DNA of 63,709 bases, counting the filler, from Choristocarpus tenellus KU-1152 (lineage: Eukaryota; Protista; Phaeophyceae): NCBI GenBank assembly GCA_964200185.2. It is 8 parts of 8 records of this genome, joined end to end, with 100 filler letters (N's around TTAATTAATTAA, not from the genome) between each part and the next. Parts side by side here need not be neighbours in the genome. Positions count along the whole stretch, not along the records: positions 1 to 13,641 come from CAXNAD020001426.1; positions 13,742 to 25,170 come from CAXNAD020002326.1; 6 more parts are not named here. One strand, 5' to 3'. The translations under genes and the position numbers were made by a program. The notes beneath the pieces were generated by a model, which saw nothing but the letters and a program-made list of their open reading frames with translations, was not told the origin of the DNA and did no database searches. Shown piece by piece: positions 1 to 13,782 of this stretch (position 1 is its first letter; each line of letters opens with the position of its first letter).

Positions 1-16
1 CCAGATACTTTGGGTC
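1..16 (-). mobile_element. Terminal fragment of MITE family B
   Basis: CCAGATACTTTGGGTC is identical to the end of the 24980-25159 copy. Confidence 0.7.
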
Positions 17-2657
17 AATGCTCTCTTGTGCATATCTCAAGCACCATGTTGCCACCTGTTCTACTTTGCCCAGTAGTGTAATAGTATTGTCGAAGTCTTC
101 CGTATTTCATGTTCTAACATATATTATACATTCATGATAGTGTTCACTGTCCAATCTGTGAAACTTGAAAATAATAAAAATACTTCTATATATAGTACTT
201 ATCGTCATGCTTCAGTGGTTTTGACTTGATGGGAGTATACCTGTGGGTATGTTTAGGGGGGAAAAGGGAAGTGTCAGAACTTGTTAGCAAACCCTTGTAC
301 TACAAGCAGGCACTCTCGTAAAATCGAACCTCACTATGGTGACACATCGAATCTGTTGACTACCTGCTCGGTAGCACAGGGGTTTACTAAAAAGTTCTAA
401 CAGGAAGCAAGGAAATACTAGCCATGTACTGAGCACCCATGGAATAAGAATGAACATCACTCGAGGATAAAGTTAGATTTCTAAGCATATTCATATCATA
501 CCATGATGGAGTATTGGAAGTTTTTATCTGTCTTGTTGTAGCTTTGCCCCTTATCATGATACGTGGACTCATCAAGGAGAGTCAAAACTTCCCTTCAAGC
601 CTGGCTTCAAATGATGCCCCCAATGTTGGGCTGACCATAGCCATAAAGGATTATTTCGGTTTCTCTTGTTTGTATTAGGTATGTGGAATAATCCAACTCC
701 AGATGAGGTAGTGAGCCATCCCTCACAACACGGGCTACTCCACCTCTCAAGTCTTCAACAGACAGCTCTATCTGATATATTGCCTAACATTTCATCCCAT
801 GTACAGTATTCCACAATATCATGTTCGAACTGTTCTACACAAAAGATCTTCCAAGTCATGGTACCACTACAACAGATATTGTATTAATTAAATCAAGTCA
901 ATGTGCCACAATCTGAATACTTTTCTGTCATATACTACATCACACAAGCAACCAAATATATATATCTCAATGCCTGTTCTCTCACCCGCTATGAGTTCAA
1001 GTGAATATGCAAGTTATCCTTGAGATCTCACCTAATCCTACTATTTTGCTACCTCCCAATAATGCTGCCTGTCTCGTCACCCAAACAGTGGTGAACTTCT
1101 TGAACCTCGTAACTGGTGCCCACTCCAACAGTGAGAGTTTTTGGAGGGAGCAGGTAATCCTTGTACATATAAAAAAACACCATGGAGCTGTTGGAATTTA
1201 GAGAATCTCCAGTTTCGTGCTTCGTATAATGTACTATTCGTTGAAGTGCTCAACAAGCTTTTGACAAAAATATGGTGGCATATTAATATAATATTGTAGC
1301 TTGGGTGTGGTGCATACACATTAATCCTTTGTACCAGAAAATAAACCAAACCGTGTGACTTTCCAAGATGATCCAGAGTGTATTGATTCCATCCTATCAC
1401 TAACCTGTTACCATTGTTATCCACCTATCTCTAGGTGGCGGTGGGTTTGCTTCAGAGATTTGGTATCAGAGCACTCACACCTTGGGAGAGGGAGAGACTG
1501 CAGCGTTTGTGTGCCTCTCCTTGTATACTGAAGAAGTGTGTACATAAACTCACTGAGATGCAGGTCAGATACTGCTGTTGTGATCATGGTGCTAATCTGA
1601 CGCTTTTGTTTCCCTCCCCATTCATGTCTGTGTTGCTTGATGTTGAGATTTGATGATCAATGAGTTATGGTACCTTTTTTCCCCTGCATTGGATTGTGTA
1701 CTAGCTGTCGCATCCGTTTTCACGTGGTTTGGGTGGAGGTGGGTGTTGTGTGAAGTTAGCAGTATGAGGCAAAGGCAGAGTGGTCCAGGCATGCCATACC
1801 CTTAAAAGCTTTACTGTACTACCAATACATTGCTAACCTTCCACATTTTACTTGTCACCTCCCTGTCCCCCATTTGGGGTCCAAATGAAACCAGGGCATT
1901 GACCTGACCCCTATGGTGGATGAGCAATTCCGATCTGTCCCCAACCCCTCCATGTTTCGCTTTATAGTCACGGACATCAAAGAAATACGAGCCACTGTGA
2001 GGGTAAGTGTCCAAATCAACTAGTGGAACTAGAAGAAGCTCTTGATTTGTCTTATGTTGCAAATAGGCAACCTGTGTTCATTGATCTGTAGTAGCCCCTG
2101 CTGAAAGTTGTCTCAGTGGAGATAATCGTATTTGCGTGAGGATCAAGAAGGTATACTGATAGAATGTCGGGTCATTCCGACCACGTTCGACACTGATGGT
2201 TATTTCCTTCCTTCGCTGTATGGGTATCATGGTTTACATATGCGATGACATGGAGCTCATTTTCTGGACTACACTCTTGCTACGGGACATTCGACAGCCA
2301 ATCATATGCTTCTTTCACAAATTTCACATATTTTCACTGATTGTGTGGAATGCTACACATCTATCTTACCATCTAATGTCCGCTATTCCAAGTTATTCTT
2401 TCACTCCTGGTATTACAAGTCTCATCACTGTTGTGACAGTGTCTGCACAACTCTGTGTGCTGTTAAAGAAATATGGTCATGAGAGAGGGGTCCTACCCCT
2501 GACCACATCCGAATCAAGCAACAGAGCTTTTTTAAGTTGTTCACTATATAGAGAGGAATAAAATATCTCAACTACGTCAAATAAATTACACCTAAGCAAT
2601 TGTTTTCTTTCCCACCTCCCACATACCTCCCTCTTGAAAAACAAACACACACACACT

Positions 2658-2919
2658 GAGTCAAAGTATGTAAGAGGGTAGAGTCACGTCCGTTTGGGAC
2701 CCAAATTCCAATGTTGCGATTTTGATGTAATTTTGGCTATCATGATTGTTAGGAAGTACCAATATCCTTGTTGCGGACGCACCTTTTCATAACATATACA
2801 TTTGACCTGCTCCGAAATATTTTGGAGTAGGAAAATGTCATAAAAAACCCAAGGAAAGTCAAGCCCCAAACAGACAAACAGGACAAAACTCGTACCCTAA
2901 CCCTAACATACTTTCACTC
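2658..2919 (+). mobile_element. MITE family A, full copy
   Basis: TIR GAGTCAAAGTAT...ATACTTTCACTC with a perfect ACT duplication. The right TIR contains CCCTAACCCTAA. Confidence 0.9.
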
Positions 2920-3009
2920 ACTTGTACACTATCCCTACCTCTCCCCTTCCTCTCATCAGTATATGCACATCCTGGACTATGGGCAAGGAATCCTCCTGTC
3001 AATGCAGGT

Positions 3010-3262
3010 GAGCCAAAGTACACGAGAGGTGCTCAGGTTATGGCCATTTTGCATTTTAGACCCGTTTTTTAATCTTTTGTACTTCATCCATATTTCTATA
3101 GATGAAGTACTAAGATTGACTAGAAATGGTTAATTTCTCTACTGTTTGAGACTTTTCGACAGAATTCAGAAAATATCCCCCTACACACTTATTTTTTTCA
3201 TTGCAGATATTTGTCAGCACCCTTAAAATGCAACTGTAGGTAGCTCTCATTTGCTTTGACTC
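3010..3262 (+). mobile_element. MITE family D (~250 bp)
   Basis: GAGCCAAAGTA...TGCTTTGACTC, homologous to 15078-15321; flanks AGGT/AGGG. Confidence 0.8.
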
Positions 3263-6200
3263 AGGGGTGTTCACCCTTTACAGCATTTAGAGGATACCAT
3301 GTAATATATACTTTATTAATTAATATCTTAAACTGCCATTAGGGATTGGCACCTTTGGAGATCTTATTGACAAGTTCAAGTCACACTATTAACCATGGTA
3401 GCACATTCTCAGCTTAGACACCCACCGAATTCTAAGCTTAGAATAAGCATCTCATCATTTTATACGAACCTCTGAGCCAACATACACGCATTGTTTCTTA
3501 GGCTGAACGAATTGCAGCCCAGGGGAACAAGGACCCAAGGACAGTGAGTCGTCTTGAACAAATGGCAGAGCAATACTTTATGACAGCACACAAGTCTCTG
3601 CCGGACGACCTTGTAAGCATCCCTTTCCCAGCATTGATTTTGCTTGTATGTGCAAAGACCCAAAGAATAGTATATATTAAATGCACGCACTTTACATTGT
3701 CTTCTAAAATAGCTCTATCTGCTGAGTTCAGTAAATTTTGCTTTGTTGTGACCTCTCAAGAGTCATAAAAAATATATATTGTATGAATCAAGACAAAGTA
3801 CCTGTGCACCTCTGAAAATTACCTGCTGCTTACTACGGGCACTCTAGTCCCGCTCTTCTACCATGTAATCACTACACACTTTTGTGACTGGGTTTCCCAC
3901 ACACCCTACATACTTTCCTTGATACACACATGTTTCGTCAGTCTAACTTCCCTTACAGGACCAAGAGGTGCGACCTATTATTGTTTGGGAAGCAGATAGT
4001 CCGTTAGAGGCCAGTGGAGTGGAAGTTCGAATTTTTTTGGTGGGTTTCTCACACGCTATTGCCAACATATGTATCGAAATGTATAATCCAGGGAATGAAG
4101 TGCAAAAACAAGCCTTGAGGAAAGGAGTGTTGGTCTTATCCCATCCCATCCCTCTAACCGTTTAGTGTTCGAAATGATGCCAGTGATGTATGAATAGTCT
4201 TTGTAGAGGTATAGTATTCACTTAGACAAATTTGTACTTTGTTCTAAGTATGCAAGCTTACACTAGGAACAATGGTTCGCATATTCAACGTTATTTTCTT
4301 GCTTTGGTCAAGAATGTAGAGTAAGTGATGACAAGATAGAAAGACGATAGTAATATTAGCATAGAGCATAGTAGAAGTTGTAAGGTAATAAAGCCTAATG
4401 CTTCACTGTGAGGAGCACTGTAGGTTTTTCTGTTGAGGCAACACTTTTTTTTATTTCCTCTCTTCCCCTGAACGTTGGCATGACCTGTGCACCAGTATCA
4501 TCGAAGCCCTATCCCATTCTACCATTTATTTCAAGTATTCGTTGACCAACAAAATCCTACACTCAAATAGATGTGACTCATTTAACCCCAACATCATCCC
4601 TATTCTACACTCATGTCCTCACCACCATTGCCCTGAATATGACCTATAGAACACAATGCTCGAGCTGCGGAAGTCTGTAGACACTGTGAGGATGCTGCTT
4701 GGCCAGAGCAATGATAGCATCCTGACAACGCCGTTCCCGGACTTTATAGAACATGGTGACAACCAGGGGGGAGGAAACAGGGCATAATATCCTCGACTGA
4801 TAAACATTTACTATACATATGGCAGGAGAGAATTTGGTTTGCCAGAACAGCAGTATGCTTGGTAGTTTGCTGTGAAAATCTTGTTTCTTGCAATTTGAAC
4901 CATGTTTATAGCTGTCCTGGGAATGATACGAAAATATCTGGTTTGGGCTATGTTGTATCCCCAATTCAATCTCCACAAAAAGTGTTTTCGCGTTTTTTGC
5001 GTTCTTTTTGTAGACGTAAACTGTGCCTCCTTCTCAGTCTTCTACAATTATTTGCCTTGATGTACATAAACATATCCTCAAATGCTTAGAACTAGGCCGT
5101 CTCCCCCTCCCCACCCCCCTCCTCAACTTGCTATGCCGCAAAAACTTTCAGTATTTTGATTGTGTAGGGGGTAGCACCAACGACTGTCTTATGCTTGTAC
5201 TTCTAATGACATCTGAAAGTCACTCCTGCAAACGTTTGCAACAGATCCTAGCGCAGGTAGAATGAAGGTCATTCACCCAGAGGCAAAAGGACACCAGTGG
5301 CTGGAGAACAAAGGCCAGGTCATGAGAAAGGCCTATTTGTTTGTAAAAGATCTCCTTGTTCTTCGGCATTTCTCTCAAGCTGCACAAGTATATCCTTTGC
5401 GAGAACATCAGAATGTTCTCGTCAACAGTGAACAGAATATATCACCTAAGGCAAGAAGGAGAATAAGGAATGAGTGCAGAAAACATTGATACATCTTATT
5501 TTGAAATGGAGCATGTGTGTAGATGCATGCATGTGGTAGCTACTCTTGTGTTCTGCAATTTGAGCTTGTGGTTTGGATAATAGTTTCATTTTTCGTTGTG
5601 TAATATTTCTGTATTTTGATCATGTGGTACAAGGTATGCGCTTTTACCTGCCCAACTTCATTCTGTACATTTTATTTGTGATGATTCAAATGTTAAATAG
5701 ATTTTTCGCTGACCCCATGATCATGATATGGTACCTTCTCAATTCATCTAGTGGAGTGGTCTAAGTATACCTGGGTCAGAAGAGAAAGCAGTTTGGGGTG
5801 TAGTGACAAGAGTTCTCATTGTCAAACACCTCCAAGGAAAACATTCAAAATACATTACCCTTCTGTAGAAGCATGGACCCCAATGATAGCACACTTTTTA
5901 GGTGTGCGATTATTAGTATCTCTCTTGTCTTCCTCCTTCTACATCCAAATTTATTGGCGTGTGCCTGTGATGAGTTGTCTGTCGAAGTGGGAGATTTGTT
6001 CAATCCACAGGATTGAGATTTTTCAGGTACAAAACTTTACATTTTGAACTCCTAGATTTGAACTGTTGTTCTTAGGATTTTTTCTTAAATTTATCCTCTT
6101 CCCCCTTTCCCGCATATGACCCAGTGCTGGCCAATGCTACGGTCATGGTTTAAACCTGAGGAAACATGGGATGCACAAGATGAAAAGAGGTGGGTGAATG

Positions 6201-7994
6201 GAAAAGCAAGCATGTCTCGTTGTAGCATTCATTATGTGTTTTAAACCAATTTGTGGCAGTTAATACCAGAGTACTCCGAACCTAGTGAATGCCACCGCGC
6301 GCGCGCGCGTGTGTGTTCGTTTGTTTGAGGGAGGCTTTGAAACTTCGTCTTTGTTTCTCCCTTGGCCTATCCATAACAGCTCAAGTTGAGGTATATGCTG
6401 TAGACGGAATGCAGGTAGTTGGTCTCTCTCTGTGGAACTATTTGCACTTTCTTCCAAGACGAGTCTTCCATTTTGAAGTAATAATATTCCAACTTAATGT
6501 GAGTGTTTTCTCTTGCGAGTAGCTCTCGACCTCGTGAACCGGCAAGAACATGATATGAATTGCTTGGATCGCTCTAGCTACGTTCTTGACTTTGTAGTTG
6601 GATCATGCAGTATATGGCATGCCGTGCAACACTTTACAGAGTTGTAAATATTGAAATACCACTATGCCAGTGGGGCAAAATGGTATGTCACTCGACGGAT
6701 TTTCGGTCCCTCGGTTGCAGTGGTGCGTAAGAACTCCAGATTCGACGAGAGAAACAATATAAATAGTGAAGGATCTGTCTATCCTTAAATCCATGCATTG
6801 AATAAGAGTATAGGTATGGTGGTTTTCGGATGTCTGGGCCGACATAGTTCTTGTCCATGTGGAGTGTACAGGATACTGTTGTAGAACCATTGATCAGGTG
6901 CTTATCCCTCCACCCTGTGTGAAATAGGTTTGATCTAGTTTGCACCAACGCATTATGTTTCACTTGTCCCAAATTTCTAGACCGAAGGCAAGACTTTTTG
7001 AATGAAGAGCCTTAGTGCTTGCACTATAGACAAACTGAGCTATCTGAAAGAATCAAGATTCTCTCATTGTTTGCTTTGGTGCCCTTCCATGTACTATTCA
7101 CACAACAATTGCTGAAGCAAGATTTATGTCAAGTACACATCTCACGATAGCAGTGTAAAAGGGTTAGCCATAACAGTTGATTTTTCATTTTCTGAGCACA
7201 AGCTATTTGGTATGTACCTCCAACGTATGAGGTAGTGTCTCCATGGTCGTCACAACCAGGACAACAACAAGCCCCACTCGATTACCTCTCTGCTACTCCC
7301 CTGGGACCATATTGTACAGTTCATGGGGTTCAGCTCTGAAGTCATATGTTTATGCCGTCCTGTTTGTATCAGTGGGGCAGGTAAAACATATTCTCTGTAA
7401 CACTCCAAGAAGTACTGCTTGACAAATGTCCCTCCAACAACGGCTCATCCATCAATACAATTTAATGTAAAACTTCAAGCACATTTCACTGAAGTTATAA
7501 CAATAATGTAACAGTTCATTGCTAACAAATGTCAGGGATTATCACTTGTGCAAATCTTCCAAAACAAACGCAAGAATTGTTGAAGTCTCAATAAATATTA
7601 TTAAAAAAAAAGTAGCTCTCCTATATACTGTCACTGGCTCCAACAAAAATCAAATCCGATCTAACTATCAGAAAGAATTTTTTGAGCATAGTCTGCATTG
7701 CACAATAGTAATCATGGGAATGTTAACAATGCAGCGTGCAACATTTCGAAACAACCAACTCTGGGAAGATCAACTTTTATTATAATCGTTTTTCATGTTG
7801 TGCCAGACGTTTTGGTACATATTTACAAAGACTACGCAAAAGGTACGAAGTGTGTTCTGTTGTGAGGAGCCCAAGTAACTGAGAGCAGCGTGTCCCTGAG
7901 TTTAAAGGTCCCTCTGACGTTCTGGTGACGTGTTTTATAAACACATTCAGACCTGTGGAGCGCATTTCGGCTGTTTTATGAGTGGATTCAGTTA

Positions 7995-8261
7995 GAGTCA
8001 AAGTATCTTAGAGGGTAGGGCCGCGTCCGTTTGGGAGTCAAAATCCCATGTTGCGATTTTGATGTAATTTTGACTATCGTGTTTATTAGGAAGTGTCAAT
8101 ATCCTTGTTCCAGATATAACTTTTCATAGCATATACATTTACATTTTACCTACTCCGAAACATTTTGGAGTAGGTAAAATGTCGTATAAAAAAACCTTGG
8201 TAAGCCAAGCTCTAAACGGACAAACAGGGCAAAACTCGTACCCTCTAACATACTCCCACTC
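7995..8261 (+). mobile_element. MITE family A, full copy
   Basis: ~23-bp TIR GAGTCAAAGTATCTTAGAGGGTA with a perfect TTA duplication. Confidence 0.9.
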
Positions 8262-8299
8262 TTAGCCAGTTATACATATCGTTGCCCTTTCTCAAATGC

Positions 8300-9500
8300 C
8301 TTCATCTCCATTATAACGAAGTTGAAGCAACCCTTACGATTCAAGACGGCCAAAACATACACCAACCTCGGTTATTTTGACTCGAGGAACGGCCCCAATG
8401 GATAGATCATTGTACTTAAGAGGCAGGGCAATCACTTCATCTCTCCTCTTGTATTTTGTTTTGTCGGAAATCGTCATCCAATCCTGAAATCTCAACACGT
8501 CCATTCCAATTTACCTCTCTGTCATACCACTTCCCAACATTATTTTCCTTGTGAACATGATTACCACAGTAGTTGGAGCAATGCAAATGACAACCCAGGA
8601 GATGGGGAATTGATGGCGTAGGTCAACAACTGGAACATCAGATATTGATGAGAAAGCGATATTGGAAGGGAAAATCTGGACCCAGTTGTGGCAAAATCAG
8701 GGGCCCACGGAATTTTGAGAGAGGTGCACTCAGTGCCTCCAGTATTTCAGCTTGCCCAAGCACAATTTAGCCATTGATTTTAAATATTCACCTTTCAACC
8801 CATGCTAAACACTGCTTGCTGCCCATGTGAGTCCCCAGGATATCAATGTCCTAACTGCAGGGTGGATTGATTGAATGGCATGCCATCCACGATGAGGAAT
8901 GAGTGCCAGCTTGGTGGGGGCAATTTTTCTTGGCATTGTTGTAGGGAGCTGTTCATGTAGCTAAAGTTTGATTAGATATGGCAAGTGAAAAACAGTATTG
9001 TGGGCATTTTGTTTTTATTTGATGGATTTATGAGGAGATCATTTTCTTGCGCCCAGCCTTTTGTGCCAAGAAGATATTCGCTCCAGAGGCTGCCAACGAG
9101 TGCTAGCTAGTTTAGGATATCCTGCTTGCAATATTGGTACTAGAAGTATGTCTTAGTTTGTAATTATGTGTCTATACAGGAGGTGTGTGCCTTGGCAAAC
9201 ATCTTCAGTTACCTGCATTACCTCCCCAAAGTATTTGAGAGTATGGCAAGAAGTTGAAGGACTGGAGGGTGATATCTCCGATGAGTGAAGAAGAATATAC
9301 TTGGAAAGTGGTCATAGTGGTCAATACATTTTTTGGAGTGGATGATCATGTTTGTACATATGCAGGGACTATTTTTAATCCTGATATGCTTCAAGCAGGT
9401 GGTCATTATGTATTTTCAATTATCAGGATGCAGTTTGCTGACTGAAGGATAGGTTTCATTTTGTTTAATGGATTGATGTGTTCTTCCTTTTTGTTGGTAT
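8300..9500 (-). mobile_element. Highly degenerate non-LTR (LINE-like) reverse transcriptase relic
   Basis: Minus-strand remnants KGWAQENDLLIKSIK (cf. W...N.L.IN..KT) followed by FLIVDGMPF...YPG (cf. IDG.P...YLG). Many stops. Boundaries are approximate. Confidence 0.4.
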
Positions 9501-10548
9501 TGCCATCTTCAACCTAGGTGCTCATGGGTGGAAAAAATTAATGTGTTATTTGCTACTTCAAAGTGCATGAATGATATCTTCATGAATATTACTAGAGTGT
9601 ATTTGAGATAAGGGGGGGTGACCCCAACCAATCGTTGTAGGCACTGGGTTTTCCTGTGCTATGAATTAGAACGGGACTTGTGAGCAGTGCTGAAATGGCC
9701 AGCTTCTACCATGCCACAGACAATTCACCACCCTCTTAAATCTCTGTCTTTTCATTGGTCTTCAGACATGCTACATTTTGACAGTCTTGGAACCTACAGA
9801 GTAATTAGGTAATGTCATTATTTTTGGTAGAACTGCATTGAAGTACTAAATATTCTCTTGTACTTAAGAGTAGTATGTGAGATTTTTTGTTGAAGATGGG
9901 TGATGTTACTCAGTCACATCAACCTTGGTTGCATGAGCGATGCTTGTACCTAGGAAGTCATTGAAATTCTTGAGCTCGACTTTGTTGAATTAAACATTGT
10001 AGTAGAAGTAGGAGGAACGATGGACATGAATTTTTCTAGCTCACTTCTACTACTACAATCTATTATAGTTGTTGCACTGTCGGGGAAAAGATACCTTCCA
10101 CAAGTCATCTACTATTTAATCTACTTTTTTAGGACTCTGACTCTATACCGTTTTTGTATTTGTGGTAATGTGCACTCCTGCCTGTATGTACCATACACAC
10201 ATACATGATGAATGGTGAAACGTTTTCTCACACCCCACAAAGTCAAGTGAATACAACCTATTTGTTCGGTATAATTCCATATTCTGTTGGGCCTATTGAC
10301 TTTCTCGCATTTTTTCAGACAAAGTTATGACCAAGTCAGCAGTTATTCTAGGACTGCTTGCTACGTGTTCTTACAAATGAACTGTCCACATATGAAACGT
10401 ATCAACAATAATGCTGGATATTTTATTTTTTTGATGAGCAATATTCTGAATGTAGTCATAGTTGCAGACTGGCAGCAACAAATCTGGCAAATTCCCGTTT
10501 TCCGTCTTAGAAATCAGCTGTCCCCGGAGCAGTATGATGCTATGCATT

Positions 10549-10726
10549 GACTCAAAGTATCTGGGGGGGGGGAGTCTACACCAGGGTGTCCATTCGGGGC
10601 CTGGCCACGACAAGTGCGCTTACATTATCCATCCGACGCATGCAACCGAATCACCCAAAAATCGCGACTTGGAAAATTGGGCCCCGAATGGACAGTCATC
10701 ACCCCCCCCTTCAGATACTTTGAGCC
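10549..10726 (+). mobile_element. MITE family B (~180 bp)
   Basis: TIR GACTCAAAGTATCTG(G)n / (C)nTTCAGATACTTTGAGCC with a perfect ATT duplication. Confidence 0.9.
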
Positions 10727-11901
10727 ATTAACCCTGAACTGTGCAAGTAGTTGCCCGTCTACTGTCAACAGCTCTTTCCTTAGTCATATGGTACCACTGA
10801 CTAGACTGAAACCCTCTAGACATTGTTGTAGAATAGCGCACAAAGAATGCTCTTCAAATCGCAGAAGCATCGCATTTTTGGGGTGGGATGAAGGGCTGTT
10901 TTCGTTTTTTTCTTGTTCGCTTTTCGGCATGCGATGACAGGGCCTCAAACTAAAACCTTGTCGGAGAAACGTAGGTAGATATATTCCTGGCTAGCGTCAT
11001 TGTTGTATCTTCAATCGCATGACAGCAAGTCACATGATCTATTCACTGTTCCGAAATAGAAGGATTTGAACGAAATACGAAATATTGTCCTGGGGGTTTT
11101 TATCTCTTCGAGTATATACAGAGATGGAAAAGTTGGTATGAAAGTACACAGAATACAAGTGGGCAGTGTTTTAATTATAGATATCCTTATCCTGTCCAGT
11201 CTAACATTGTAATAACACCTACTACTATTATCTTACACACACTTTGTGGTATATATTGATATGTACTGAGACCAACCACTCCAGTCTGCCAAGAATCCCC
11301 ACTATAACCAGCAGGTGGCAACCCAACTATGTAGCAACTGAATCCACTTGTTTGTAGTAGGCTTGACAATGAAAAAAGAGCAGAACAAGCTATCCTGGTC
11401 TAGCCTGCAGTGCTGGGTGACCCTTCCAAACCATCCCGAAACAAGTCGAAATTGTAGTAGTACCAAATTGTCCAGTCGGGTGTCAACAAACTGGTTTCTC
11501 TTCTATCGAACCACAATAATTACTACTAGTACTCCAGTACTACAGCGTTATTGCAAAGCTGAATGGAAATTTTAAAATCGTGCAAGGACCTTTTCGAGGT
11601 GGTATAGAGTGCCGCTTGCATTGTATTCGCATACTTTCTTGACCAGCAATTTAAATGAAGTCTATGTGGCTGGGTAGGGTCCTTGTTGCACCTAAATTGC
11701 ACAACAGCAAGCTGTACGAGATCTTCACTCTTATGTACCAAAAGAACCGTTTTTTAATACCAGGGGCCTAGTACATGGTTAAAAAAACCCATGTAACATC
11801 TGGGATTGTTTCATGGTTAGTCACAGTTGGGGAAAATGTCCAAGGTTGTTTTATGCCGCAATCCCACCAATAGAAAAACCACAACTGGATTGGAGGCATT
11901 G

Positions 11902-12155
11902 GAGTGAAAGTATCTTAGAGGGTACGAGTTTTTCCCTGTTTGTCCATTTGGGGCTTGGCTTCCCACGGGCTTTTAATGACATTTAATCTACTCCAAAATG
12001 TTTTGGAGTAGTAAAATATATATGCTATGAAAAGGTGTGTCCAGAACAAGGATATTGACACTTCCTATCAAACACGATGGTCAAAATTACACCAAAATCG
12101 CAACATTGGATTTTGGCCCCCAAATGGACGCGGCTCTACCCTCTAACTTTGACTC
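11902..12155 (-). mobile_element. MITE family A, full copy
   Basis: GAGTGAAAGTATCTTAGAGGGTA...CTTTGACTC, flanked by ATTG on both sides. Confidence 0.9.
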
Positions 12156-13641
12156 ATTGGTAAATCGTGCATAACTGGCAAGAATCCCCCCCAACCGTTT
12201 TGTGGTGGCTGTGGATTCATTTCACCCTACCGTAACCTACCATCCAGAGGTCATGTAACCACAATAATAGCGGTACTACTGTTTATTTTTAAGATTGTGA
12301 CCATAGAATAACTGTACCGTCCAGTGGTACACTTACTCAGAAAATATACAGTGTACCCAAGTAACAAACTACTAGATAGTATATATTATTATTCCCCCTG
12401 ATATTTGTAGATTACTACACTCTCTCCTCCTGTTTTGGTCGAAAACTGTGTTCAGATAGGATATTTATAATAGATGAGAAATTGTAAGTGTATGAAATTG
12501 CATATTTTGTTCGTTGCATGACTGTATTGTCAGTGCAATAAATAGGTGAACGCCCCTGGTGCTATTGCTTCATTATTCACTCTATTAAACCTACGAAATA
12601 GATAATATGGTATCGAATATACAATGTTCTAATAAAATACCAGCATATACTCAGAAAATAGACAGAGTTCACAACCACAACTGCCCTGTCAAAATCCAAA
12701 CCACAGGTAGGTGTAACGTGAAGTCCACACTGTGAAGTCAAAGCAACAACAACTGTACTGGAAAAATTAGAACTCCAACCGTACACTGAGACATACCCTG
12801 GGGTGAAACGAAGCTACAACCGTAACTGTACCATCTATATTGTCTTGTGTATGTATCATATTTTTGGAAAACTGAACGGTACCTTCGAAATTTTCTCGGC
12901 AACTAATTCTAACCACCACGAAGACGACGTTGATCTTTGTTACTGTGTCAACTTATTATGTGAAGGCCACAAACACGGTTACATATGGTTTAAAACACCC
13001 TCTCGGGTAGAAACCAATAATGGAGCAGTGAAAATGGTACAACTGTGTAGGCCCATGGAAAAAACAATACGAACGTTTTGGTTATATCATCTCTTCAAAA
13101 AATCTGCAGAGATTGAAAATTCTTTTTGGGGTTCTGAGACTCACGTGTCTAGAAAGTCTACGCAAACATGACTGGTCCTCCATCCCACGCCAAATAGGCA
13201 GTCCTTGCGTGATGACCACTCCACTTTGAAATAGTCACCACAATCAATAACAAGTACACGACTCACCATTACTAGCAATTTAAATAATATTCCCACAAAT
13301 TCAGTGATAATTACATTGTAATAAAGTGAGAATCACTTTATGAAGTAAACTGAGTTTTGTGGGTGGAAGAATTCTGGTTGGTTGGGGGCACAGGAGGACA
13401 AGAATGTTGGGAAAAAGGAAAAGAAAGAAGTAGGAAGAGAAGGAGTAGTTAAGGAAGGGGCGATATGGTTAATGGAAATGAGTGGTAGATAAAAGGAAGG
13501 ACAGCAGCCAGTTAGTGGGAAAGGGAAAGAACACCAGGGGTACAAGACGAGGAGGGGAGACCAAGGCAACCTCCGAGCAAGCTTCTCCCACCCACCCACC
13601 CTGTCGCTTGCTCACGAACGACGGAAACGCTGGGAAAGGGG

Positions 13642-13741
13642 NNNNNNNNNNNNNNNNNNNNNNNNNNNNNNNNNNNNNNNNNNNNTTAATTAATTAANNN
13701 NNNNNNNNNNNNNNNNNNNNNNNNNNNNNNNNNNNNNNNNN
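13642..13741. other. Artificial contig spacer (N44-TTAATTAATTAA-N44); also at 25171-25270, 29509-29608, 44628-44727, 50232-50331, 53411-53510 and 57021-57120
   Basis: The identical 100-bp construct occurs seven times, and the 12-mer gives stop codons in all six frames. Confidence 0.98.
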
Positions 13742-13782
13742 CCCCCTTTTCCCTTCTCTCCTCCCCCCCTTATGCCCCTTAC

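Noticed and set aside
387-1424. Copia protease/pre-integrase relic on the minus strand
   Set aside because: Only faint similarity (LTVGVGT, VHSYSMG), too weak to call without a search.
13686-13697. TTAATTAATTAA palindrome repeated seven times, and ORFs ending in X...LIN
   Set aside because: This is an artificial six-frame-stop linker between N-runs, not biological sequence.
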